The notes beneath the pieces were generated by a model that saw nothing but the letters and a program-made list of their open reading frames with translations, was not told where the DNA came from and did not search any database. From the IMG/VR virus record IMGVR_UViG_3300048579_000033, positions 1-37,895 of that record: a DNA stretch of 37,895 bases, one strand, 5' to 3'. Both the position numbers and the translations under genes were made by a program. The stretch comes from a virus. Its lineage: Duplodnaviria > Caudoviricetes. Shown one piece after another: positions 1-7,209 of the stretch. Each line of letters starts with the position of its first letter. Position 1 is the first letter of the stretch.

Positions 1-547
1 TGACCATCGGCAGGGCCGGGTCGAGGATGGCGATGTCGGGCACCATGTCGGCGGCGACAATCGGGTACTTGATGTGGTTTTCCGTGTCGGTGATCACCGA
101 GAAGGCCGTGATCTCGGAGGCCGTGCCGGACGTCGAGGGAATGGCGACGAAGCGCGCCTTGTTGCGGAGCGGCGGCATGGCGCCGACCGGGATGATGTCC
201 TCGAAGGTGAGGTTCGGATGCTCGTAGAAGCACCACATCACCTTTGCGGCGTCGAGTGCCGAGCCGCCGCCGATGGCGACGATCCAGTCCGGCTCGAACG
301 CCTGCATCGCCTTGGCGCCGCGCCAGACGGTCTCGACCGACGGGTTGGGCTCGACGCCGTCGATGACGATGGATTCGATGCCGCCCTTCTTCAGGATCTC
401 GATCGCCTGGTCGAGGAAGCCGAAGCGCTTCATGGAGCTGCCGCCGGTGACCAGAGCCGCCTTCTTGCCCTTGAGGTCGGCGAGCTTGGAGAGCGAGCCC
501 TCGCCGTAAATGATGGTGCGGGGAATGGAGAAGTTCATCACGGTCAT
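1..547 (-). CDS. Host iron-containing alcohol dehydrogenase (butanol dehydrogenase-like), 3' end outside window
   Basis: Manual translation MTVMNFSIPRTIIYGEGSL...GVEPNPSVETV...AIGGGSALDAAK...AIPSTSGTASE has the GGGS and PTT/SGT motifs of Fe-ADHs; SD AAGGAG before ATG at 547. Not in the ORF track because it is truncated. Confidence 0.92.
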   Translation of the reverse strand, partial: MTVMNFSIPRTIIYGEGSLSKLADLKGKKAALVTGGSSMKRFGFLDQAIEILKKGGIESIVIDGVEPNPSVETVWRGAKAMQAFEPDWIVAIGGGSALDAAKVMWCFYEHPNLTFEDIIPVGAMPPLRNKARFVAIPSTSGTASEITAFSVITDTENHIKYPIVAADMVPDIAILDPALPMV

Positions 548-910
548 CTCAGTCTCCTTGTCGGAACGAGGGGAGGGCTCGTCCGGACATGGGGGTCCGG
601 TCCGTCTCCACGAAGGAAGCGGGCGAGGCGGGCTCTCTATTGCGAGGTCTGGCGCGGGGCCGGGGAGGTCGGCGACCGCAGGAAGGTTATTTCCTGACGA
701 CTAGATCAGACTTTGGTCGCAGAAACACAAGTCATCTAAAAACGTTTAAGTCTTTGGCTCCGTGATATAAACGGTTTATATGTACAATATAATCATCTTT
801 ACTGTGAGGGGAAATACGAGGTCTTTGGTGGAGACTGGATGCCCGGAAAGATGCCTGCGCCGGAGGTGGCCGGCCAGTTCGCTTGATACAAGGGAAATGT
901 AGGGAGCGTT

Positions 911-964
911 TGGTGCGGACGGCGGGGATCGAACCCGCATGACCAAGGCCGAGGGATTTTAAGT
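911..964 (-). other. Prophage attachment junction: orphaned 3' half of tRNA-Leu(UAA), anticodon loop to CCA
   Basis: Minus strand reads ACTTAAAATCCCTCGGCCTTGGTCATGCGGGTTCGATCCCCGCCGTCCGCACCA (anticodon loop, variable arm, T arm, acceptor strand, CCA) with no D arm or 5' acceptor strand; tRNA similarity ends at the 7-nt loop CTTAAAA (957-963). Confidence 0.88.
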
Positions 965-1016
965 GCCTAGGTGGTTCGGGAAAGTGGCGGAATACTGGGG
1001 AAACTTGATGGGCTGT

Positions 1017-1066
1017 TGGTCACATAGCGCGGCGTTCGGGGGTGTTCTGGTCACAGGCTGGTCACA
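1017..1066 (+). repeat. Three direct TGGTCACA repeats, probable integrase arm-type sites
   Basis: TGGTCACA at 1017-1024, 1048-1055 and 1059-1066 (last two 11 bp apart), on the phage side of the att core. Confidence 0.7.
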
Positions 1067-1082
1067 AGTTTCAGAGGCGCGT

Positions 1083-1110
1083 CTTGTCGCCAATTCCCGG
1101 AGCATATAAA
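1083..1110 (+). promoter_or_regulatory. Putative host sigma70 promoter for the phage tRNA
   Basis: CTTGTC...CATATAAA ending about 12 nt before the tRNA; resembles alphaproteobacterial housekeeping promoters but spacing is imperfect. Confidence 0.4.
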
Positions 1111-1122
1111 GCGAGAGGTGAC

Positions 1123-1208
1123 GCGGACGTGGTGAAACCGGTAGACACAGCAGACTTAAAATCTGCCAGCCATTGGCTTTGCGGGTTCAAGTCCCGCCGT
1201 CCGCACCA
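1123..1208 (+). tRNA. tRNA-Leu, anticodon UAA, phage-encoded, CCA encoded
   Basis: Full cloverleaf: acceptor GCGGACG/CGTCCGC, D arm with GG, anticodon stem GCAGA/TCTGC with loop CTTAAAA, long variable arm, T arm GCGGG-TTCAAGT-CCCGC, discriminator A plus CCA. Confidence 0.96.
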
Positions 1209-1358
1209 AGCAAGAATCATAAGCCTACCGCTCAGACTGCCGCCATTCCCTACAATGGTCAGCATGTGCGGAAAAGGTGCGAGACAATATGAAACAACCT
1301 ACCGCAACACCAAAACCTGAAGTAGTGTGCGAAAAAGTCGCGTTGCAGGGGGACCGGA

Positions 1359-2345
1359 ATGGACCTGAAAAAACAAACTCAGCTTAACCCCATCGCTGAT
1401 GAGGTCTTGGCCCTAACCGCTGTCGTTAGGCCCATCCTACTTGGTGTTGTGTCGTCCTTGAAAGCCGACGTTCTCTTTGAGGTTGGTGGTCGGGATAACG
1501 TAAAACTGAAGATGCTAAACAGATTATACAGACCCGGCGACGGGGATGTAGGTATATGTTTTGAGTACGCTGTTCACGATGCGATTACAAATCAGGATAA
1601 TAGAGTAATTGGTCGTGTAGCGGACGCTATGAAACTCTGTAACATCAGGTCAGATGATCCAAGTTCTCTGCTCTTTGGCTTCGAGAAGACGGGGGCGGTT
1701 CAGCTTATTGATACAGCAAGGAATATTCTCACCGACAAGTCACGGGCTTTGACTGGCATTGTCGGACAGCCACCAAAACTGCGTTCTCGCCTAAGCACTC
1801 TCGCAGCAGCGTTCCGGCGCCAAACGGCACGTCAGAGACTACCCGTTTCTATTCGAGGACTCTGGAAGGCTGATCTTTTCATCGGATCAACAAATACTCA
1901 GCAATGGGTTGGCACGTCGGTGAAGGTGAATCAAAGCCAACTAGAGGGAGCGGCTGGATTACGCGTCGGAATCGTCCCAGCCCGTCAAGGTGTGAGTGAC
2001 AACGTAAGGTTTGATGATAGTCGCAATCTAGTAATTTGCCCAATTCAGTATGACGGCGATTTTATGCAAATATTCTACGAAGGCTGGAGACTAGTTAAGG
2101 CTTTTCTGGATGCGGACGCTAATCTACCTAAGGAGGTAATGTTACCACACCCCGTCCATCGGGAGGTTTGTCGACTATTGGTAGAAAGGCGTGAGTTTCC
2201 CGTAGTCGACGTCATTGATGCGCTAAGGGTCTTTAGTCAGCCTGAATTACTTAAAACGGACACAGACAGTGTTTCTCTTGAAGACGTGAAGGGCGATGCC
2301 GAAACTTCAACGCTTGTTGCACCATTGGCCAGACCACTGACTTAA
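1359..2345 (+). CDS. Low-GC moron, hypothetical protein with PD-(D/E)XK-nuclease-like motifs
   Basis: 328-aa ORF opposite to the phage genes, visibly AT-richer; motifs GICFEYAV ... KADLFIG ... WVGTSVK resemble the E / D / xxK layout of restriction-endonuclease-fold proteins. CDS is solid, function is inferred. Confidence 0.75.
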   Translation: MDLKKQTQLNPIADEVLALTAVVRPILLGVVSSLKADVLFEVGGRDNVKLKMLNRLYRPGDGDVGICFEYAVHDAITNQDNRVIGRVADAMKLCNIRSDDPSSLLFGFEKTGAVQLIDTARNILTDKSRALTGIVGQPPKLRSRLSTLAAAFRRQTARQRLPVSIRGLWKADLFIGSTNTQQWVGTSVKVNQSQLEGAAGLRVGIVPARQGVSDNVRFDDSRNLVICPIQYDGDFMQIFYEGWRLVKAFLDADANLPKEVMLPHPVHREVCRLLVERREFPVVDVIDALRVFSQPELLKTDTDSVSLEDVKGDAETSTLVAPLARPLT

Positions 2346-2586
2346 GCATGATAAACATGGAACGGAAATGGGTGAGATGCCCCTCCCTCTGATACAGTAA
2401 ATGTTTGTCGAGATGTCGGCCACGATTGGGTTATGCCACGTCACGAAGTCGTGCATTGACGCCCAACCTCCTTATTATCCAGTACAAAGAACGCAACAAA
2501 ACCATCATCTAGAGCGTCGAAACCTCTTTTAAAATCAACGACAAGACGGACTTCTCCTAGTCCTTTGCTGTCCGCACCATCGTCCG

Positions 2587-2829
2587 TCACCGACGCTGCA
2601 CTCTTTCCGGCCACTGATGCCCCGGGTTGTCATGCCCCGTCACCGGCGGCTTCTTCATGAGCACGAACCCGGCTAGCTCCATGTGCTTGATGAGATGTTG
2701 AGCCATGAGCCGCGCCATGAACTCGTCCCCGTAGTGGAGCCGCTTCTTCCCATCGAAGCGTAGCCCAAACATCAGGGTGTTCATGATGTCGTCGGTGGTG
2801 GCTGGCGCCAAGTTCTTTTCTTCGTGCAT
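2587..2829 (-). CDS. Small hypothetical protein under a LexA box (candidate SOS-induced antirepressor)
   Basis: 80-aa ORF with GAGGA SD and good codon usage; GTTC-N7-GTTC just upstream. Confidence 0.8.
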   Translation of the reverse strand: MHEEKNLAPATTDDIMNTLMFGLRFDGKKRLHYGDEFMARLMAQHLIKHMELAGFVLMKKPPVTGHDNPGHQWPERVQRR

Positions 2830-2846
2830 CGGACGATCCTCAACGT

Positions 2847-2861
2847 GAACGGATGAGGAAC
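2847..2861 (-). promoter_or_regulatory. Alphaproteobacterial LexA box
   Basis: Minus strand GTTC-CTCATCC-GTTC matches the GTTC-N7-GTTC consensus exactly, overlaps a TATGTT -10-like hexamer and ends 17 nt upstream of the ATG at 2829. Confidence 0.8.
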
Positions 2862-2960
2862 ATACGCTAAACCAAACAGGCTGCCTACTGACAGGTGACG
2901 GCGGCAGGAAGCTGCCTATGTGACCCTTCCCGCCCCGTGTTAGCCCCAGACGGGGCCGGA

Positions 2961-3809
2961 TTACTTCGTGACGCTCACGAACGGTGTGGCACCTCCGGGC
3001 ACCATGGTTGTTGGCAGAACGCCGTTCCAGCGCTCCGCCGCTGTCAGCTCGACGAGGTTGGGGTTGTCCCGGAGGGCGGCACCCTTGGCCCTGATGGCAG
3101 CGGCTTCTGCCTCGCCACGGAGGCGAGCCGCATCGGCGTCGGCCTGAGCCTGGGCGCGGGTGGCATCGGCGTCGGCCTTCGCCTTGGTCACGGTGATCTC
3201 CGCTTGGACCTTCTCGCGCTCGGCGTTCTGCTTGAGCTTCTGGACCTCGATCTCGGCGCTCATGCGCTCTTCGATCTTGGCCTCGTATGCGTCCGAGAAA
3301 TCGATGTTCTCGACCTGGACTGCCTCGATTGTGACCGGACCTTCGACAGCTCCCTGAAGGGCGAGCTGAATGTCGGCGTTCAGCTTGGCGCGCTCGGTGA
3401 TGGCGCGGGCGGCGTTGTATTTGCCGAAGACGTTCTTGACCTGAGCCATCAGCTTGCGCTCGACGAGGCGCGACATGAGGTTTTCCTCGTTGCCGTACTC
3501 GCTGTAGACCAGCCCTGCTTTGTCGCCGGGGATCGAGTAGTTGACGGACACGGCCAGCGCGGCGGTCTGCTGGTCGGCGCTGTAGGCTGTCACGTCCGGG
3601 TAAGACTTGGCCTTCGAGCGGATGTCCACGGTAGCCACGCCGTCCACGAACGGCATCTTCCAGTGAAGGCCGGGTTCCTGGACTGCTATGATTGCGCCGT
3701 TCCGGATGACGACACCGCGCTCACCCTGATCGACCACGAAGAACGAACCGAACGAGGCGACGGCGAGAACGAAGGCGGAGGCGCCGAGGACGACGAGCTT
3801 AGCGGACAT
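2961..3809 (-). CDS. SPFH/prohibitin (band 7) membrane protein
   Basis: Start MSAKLVVLG after AAAGGA SD; N-terminal TM helix, VDQGERGVV...GLHWKMPF, IEAVQVENIDFS, AE/EA-rich coiled coil, WNGVLP end. Confidence 0.92.
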   Translation of the reverse strand: MSAKLVVLGASAFVLAVASFGSFFVVDQGERGVVIRNGAIIAVQEPGLHWKMPFVDGVATVDIRSKAKSYPDVTAYSADQQTAALAVSVNYSIPGDKAGLVYSEYGNEENLMSRLVERKLMAQVKNVFGKYNAARAITERAKLNADIQLALQGAVEGPVTIEAVQVENIDFSDAYEAKIEERMSAEIEVQKLKQNAEREKVQAEITVTKAKADADATRAQAQADADAARLRGEAEAAAIRAKGAALRDNPNLVELTAAERWNGVLPTTMVPGGATPFVSVTK

Positions 3810-3921
3810 GGCGATTTCCTTTCTTGGGGGTGTTGGCGGCGGTGGTGAGAAGCTGAGCTGCGGCGGCAAGGCCGAGCAGGAACACGACGGCGACCGTGAA
3901 GGCGCCGATGAAGGCGAGCAT
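3799..3921 (-). CDS. 40-aa single-pass membrane peptide coupled to the SPFH gene
   Basis: MLAFIGAFTVAVVFLLGLAAAAQLLTTAANTPKKGNRHVR; SD AGGAG; stop overlaps the SPFH start region. Confidence 0.7.
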   Translation of the reverse strand: MLAFIGAFTVAVVFLLGLAAAAQLLTTAANTPKKGNRHVR

Positions 3922-4028
3922 GAGGGCTCCTGTTGAGTTGTGAAAAATCCCCCGCTGTGAAGGCGAGGGCCGTTGGTCGGGGAGGCGCTGGCGTTCCCCG
4001 CGATTGAAGGTTGTGCTAGTGTGCTTTT

Positions 4029-4241
4029 ATGCAGACCGACACTAATCCAGACATCCTTGAACGCCTTCGTGCCGCCGCTCTCGGGGCAGACGACATAGAG
4101 ATCAAGGAGCTTGAAGCGCTTCTCGCAGAAGCAGCCGACACTATCGAGACGTTGCGGACGCGATCCGGAGGCGACGACGCCCCTCCGGCAGGGTTCCAGA
4201 CAACCATGAGAAGTGCTTTCAGCAAGAAACCCCCGCGCTAA
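4029..4241 (+). CDS. Small phage hypothetical protein (DILERLR...EAADTIETLR helical motif)
   Basis: 70-aa ORF convergent with the integrase; this helical motif recurs in small phage proteins. Confidence 0.65.
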   Translation: MQTDTNPDILERLRAAALGADDIEIKELEALLAEAADTIETLRTRSGGDDAPPAGFQTTMRSAFSKKPPR

Positions 4242-4342
4242 TCCTTCCTTTTGGAGACAAAGAGCGCTCAGGACGAGGAGGATGCAGCCTCGCCCGTCCT
4301 GGCAAACCGTCACGGTTGCGTCGACGTGCGACGGTCGCTTAC

Positions 4343-5374
4343 CTACGCGACCTGCGCTATTTGTTGGGGTTTCTCAAGGAGTGACACGATGTCCTCCAAA
4401 GAGGTCGGCTTGATCTGCATGTACCGCATGGTCGTGACGATGGCCGAATGGCCCATCCACTCCATGACACGCTTCACGTCGGCACCCCCGAGCACTAACC
4501 GGGTGCAACAGGTGTGCCGCAGGGTGTGCGGGGTCACGTCCTCGAACTGAAGAGCGCCCCGCATCGTGTCCCATCTGGACCTCATGGCCTCCACCTTGAA
4601 CCCCGTGAAGGGCGCGGTCGGGTGCGACTTCTTGCGCCGCTTCAGCACCTCTTGGCACCGCTTGGTGAGCGGAACGGTGCGCGGCTTGTTGGTCTTTGTG
4701 TGCCAGAAGGTGACCGAGCGGAGGCCGGGGCCGAAGGCATCCCAGCGAACCGGGATCATCTCCGAGAAGCACCGGGCGCCCGTGTCGATGAGCAGGATCG
4801 AGAGGTCCCGCAGGTCGTCGTAGCCCATGCGTTCCCAATAGGCGAGCAGGGCGCGCTCCTCCATGTCGTCCAGATACCGGAAGCGGGTCTGTGCGATCTG
4901 GTTCCAGCGAAGCCGGGGGGCTGCGTCGATGACGCCGTTCTCCCGAGCCACGGTGAACATCTTGGAGAGGGCGGCGACCTTGCGGTTGATCGAGGCGGGG
5001 GTCAGTCCCTTGGCGGCGAAGTGAACCTTCATGTCCGCCGCGTCGGCCGCTGTGATCTCCCCGACCACCTTGTTCCGGCCGAAATACTCGACCACCTGCC
5101 GGCCATTCCGCATCAGGGACGCAGAGGACCGCATCTGGGACCACTCGGTGCGGCAAACGTGGTCGTAGAGTTTCCCGAGGGTCGAAAGGTCTCGATCTGT
5201 GGTCTTTCGGGGGACCGAGACGGCCGGGGGGAGGGGCTTTCCCATCTCCACGGCTTCTTTCGCATTGATCTCCCATGCCACCGCCTCCGCTTCGGTGCGG
5301 AAGGTGGGGCGGAGCCGTTGGCCGTCAGCCGTCCGAATGTCGGCTTGCCATAGTTTCCCTCGAAGTCGCGCCAT
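4343..5374 (-). CDS. int: Tyrosine integrase
   Basis: DTGAR, TKTNKPRTVP, HTLRH, MGH and TMRY catalytic motifs; N-terminal arm-binding-like segment; SD AGGAG. Confidence 0.96.
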   Translation of the reverse strand: MARLRGKLWQADIRTADGQRLRPTFRTEAEAVAWEINAKEAVEMGKPLPPAVSVPRKTTDRDLSTLGKLYDHVCRTEWSQMRSSASLMRNGRQVVEYFGRNKVVGEITAADAADMKVHFAAKGLTPASINRKVAALSKMFTVARENGVIDAAPRLRWNQIAQTRFRYLDDMEERALLAYWERMGYDDLRDLSILLIDTGARCFSEMIPVRWDAFGPGLRSVTFWHTKTNKPRTVPLTKRCQEVLKRRKKSHPTAPFTGFKVEAMRSRWDTMRGALQFEDVTPHTLRHTCCTRLVLGGADVKRVMEWMGHSAIVTTMRYMQIKPTSLEDIVSLLEKPQQIAQVA

Positions 5375-5741
5375 AGGCGTCTCCTATTGTTCGATCAATA
5401 TCCTCGCTAAGCCGAGCACCGAGCCGGGTAGGGGCGAGGAGGTTGCCGCGACCGTCGCTGGGGTCGGCGATCTGGGTGAGGAGGTTGAGACCTTCCTTCT
5501 CGGCACCCGAGCCGTCGTCCTTGTAGACGCCGCTCCCTAGGAGCCGAACCGCCCGCGATAAGGCCGCTTTTGACAGGCCGGTCACCTTCATGAGTTCGCT
5601 TGCTCTCATTCCGGGGTGTTCCAGCACCCGCAAGAGCACGGCCAGTTGGCCCATTTCCATGCGCGGATAGTGTTCGCGGATGCTGTCAATGACCCGGATG
5701 AGAGCCCGAATGCCGGCTGCTTTCTGCGAAATGTCGCTCAT
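5325..5741 (-). CDS. MarR-like winged-helix regulator, probable prophage repressor
   Basis: QLAVLLRV..HPG...SEL...TGLSKAALSRAVRLL HTH and wing DPSDGR; directly upstream of and overlapping int. Start could be 5741 or 5753. Confidence 0.85.
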   Translation of the reverse strand: MSDISQKAAGIRALIRVIDSIREHYPRMEMGQLAVLLRVLEHPGMRASELMKVTGLSKAALSRAVRLLGSGVYKDDGSGAEKEGLNLLTQIADPSDGRGNLLAPTRLGARLSEDIDRTIGDAYGATSRETMASRHSDG

Positions 5742-5755
5742 AGCTGACCCCATTT

Positions 5756-5771
5756 GTTCCTGTAATGGGCG
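5756..5771. promoter_or_regulatory. 16-bp operator-like motif, copy 1 (repressor leader)
   Basis: GTTCCTGTAATGGGCG; consensus GTTCCTRTARTGGGWC. Confidence 0.7.
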
Positions 5772-5772
5772 C

Positions 5773-5802
5773 ATCTATGAGTTACAAACACGCCCCCGTC
5801 AA
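5773..5802 (-). promoter_or_regulatory. Putative sigma70 promoter for repressor-integrase operon
   Basis: Minus strand TTGACG-N17-CATAGAT immediately followed by operator copy 1. Confidence 0.55.
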
Positions 5803-5990
5803 TCGGCGCGGATCGTCGTGCTCCGCATTCCTTCGTCGAGCTTCGCTTTGGCCCACGCCAGAGGGTCGGATACATTCTTCCCCTCAGGGTCGCACCCGAG
5901 GGCCATACTCCGCACAGCGCAAAGGATGAACTCAGCGGAGACGGTTAGGGCATCAATGCGAGCTGTAATCTCAGGCGTGAGATGTGTCAT
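5799..5990 (-). CDS. Hypothetical protein, 63 aa
   Basis: MTHLTPEITARIDAL...; AGGAA SD upstream of ATG 5990. Confidence 0.6.
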   Translation of the reverse strand: MTHLTPEITARIDALTVSAEFILCAVRSMALGCDPEGKNVSDPLAWAKAKLDEGMRSTTIRAD

Positions 5991-6066
5991 AGTTGGGTTT
6001 GTTCCTATGCCGAGGGGTTGATCCCCTCCGTTGTGAGCGTCAAAGCCGCGACCGGAGGGCCGCAGC

Positions 6067-6174
6067 CTATCTTCGCCGGAAGAAGGTCTCCCAGAACCCC
6101 CACAGCCCGCCGGCAAGGGTGACGGCGAGGTATGCGGCTTCGATCGCCCCGGCAATCAGGTCTGGCGTGGTCAT
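6067..6174 (-). CDS. 35-aa membrane peptide
   Basis: MTTPDLIAGAIEAAYLAVTLAGGLWGFWETFFRRR; GGAGGAG SD; ATGA overlap with the peptidase stop. Confidence 0.65.
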   Translation of the reverse strand: MTTPDLIAGAIEAAYLAVTLAGGLWGFWETFFRRR

Positions 6175-7166
6175 GGGCTCCTCCATCCGGAGCTGGGACC
6201 GTAGTTGCGAGTGGTTTGCAAATTATCACAATGCAACTCGGAAACATGACTTGCAATGTCATGTTTTGACACACCTAGGCTTTCCAGATAGTCGGCCACC
6301 TCCTCTGGGTAGTCCCTTACAATCGCCAGCATACCATCGCGCCTGGAGGTATAATTTTCCGAGAAATCCCGATGGTACTCATCCTCGTACCGGCCCCACT
6401 CTGGGTAGTCGTTCGTGGGGTCTCGGTCGATTATCAGTTCGCTAACTCTGATTTTAGTTAGGTGATCACGAAGTTCAACTAAGTGTGGAACGTTTTGTTC
6501 TTCGCTGACCCCATGTTGTCCTTTGTACCCGACGGAAATATTTGTGCATTCGGGCACAATGTGAGCGTACTCATTCGTGTCGGTGTACACGCCGGTCGGG
6601 TCGGGCCGATATCCCTTTGGAAGCTGAAGAGCGAGCGACCGGGCGAACGCGTCCGAACACGTTCTCTGTCCCATCTGATGGGTGACGATATCCCGCACAC
6701 CCGCCCTGTCGAAGGCGATTGCAGACCGGAACTGTGACAGCCATTCGGGATCGCCTTTGGCTAAGTCGGCCGAGCCAATACAGCCGCTCTCCTCGCCGTG
6801 GTGGATTACGTAGGTGCCTTCCACCCCGGCCTTGACCATTTCCGTGATCAGCCAGACGCCCGCAGTGTCGTCCGCCCCAAGGCAGTTCGAGGCGCCCCTG
6901 CGCGCCTTCCTCGAAAGCCGGATCACCTTGTCATCGCCGTAGTCGAGGGTCTGGAAGCCCTCTATGCGATGCACGGTGTCCATGTGAGCCGAGAATAGGA
7001 CCGGCGCGTCCCCGATGGAGAGCACGAGGTTCTGATAAGGGTCCCGCTCGAAGCCGAGAGGGGTTAGGAAGCGGTCCACGAATGCCTGTTCCGTGCGCGA
7101 GCCTCGCGGCCGCATATAGGAGAACATGGCAAGCAGGGTGGCCTCGTCGGCGGATAGACGCGCCAT
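6171..7166 (-). CDS. M20/M28-clan zinc peptidase-like protein
   Basis: SAHMDTVH, LGADDTAG, HGEESGCIGS, AFDR, YTDT and C-terminal GQH metal-ligand motifs. Confidence 0.88.
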   Translation of the reverse strand: MARLSADEATLLAMFSYMRPRGSRTEQAFVDRFLTPLGFERDPYQNLVLSIGDAPVLFSAHMDTVHRIEGFQTLDYGDDKVIRLSRKARRGASNCLGADDTAGVWLITEMVKAGVEGTYVIHHGEESGCIGSADLAKGDPEWLSQFRSAIAFDRAGVRDIVTHQMGQRTCSDAFARSLALQLPKGYRPDPTGVYTDTNEYAHIVPECTNISVGYKGQHGVSEEQNVPHLVELRDHLTKIRVSELIIDRDPTNDYPEWGRYEDEYHRDFSENYTSRRDGMLAIVRDYPEEVADYLESLGVSKHDIASHVSELHCDNLQTTRNYGPSSGWRSP

Positions 7167-7209
7167 GGCGGGGTCCTTTCGGTGCTGATGAAGGGAGAGT
7201 GAGGGCCGC

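Noticed and set aside
74-697. Long plus-strand ORFs here and opposite most phage genes (e.g. 2895..3848, 12603..13727, 22219..23283, 29619..30788)
   Set aside because: Antisense shadows of GC-rich minus-strand genes with no recognisable motifs.
911-1000. Second intact tRNA on the minus strand
   Set aside because: D arm and 5' acceptor strand are missing; it is only a 3' fragment.
2489-2503. Second possible LexA box GAACGCAACAAAACC
   Set aside because: Second half-site and spacing do not fit GAAC-N7-GAAC.
3810-4313. N-terminal extension of the 450-aa ORF 2961..4313
   Set aside because: Non-protein-like, overlaps two better small genes; the SD and TM helix place the SPFH start at 3809.
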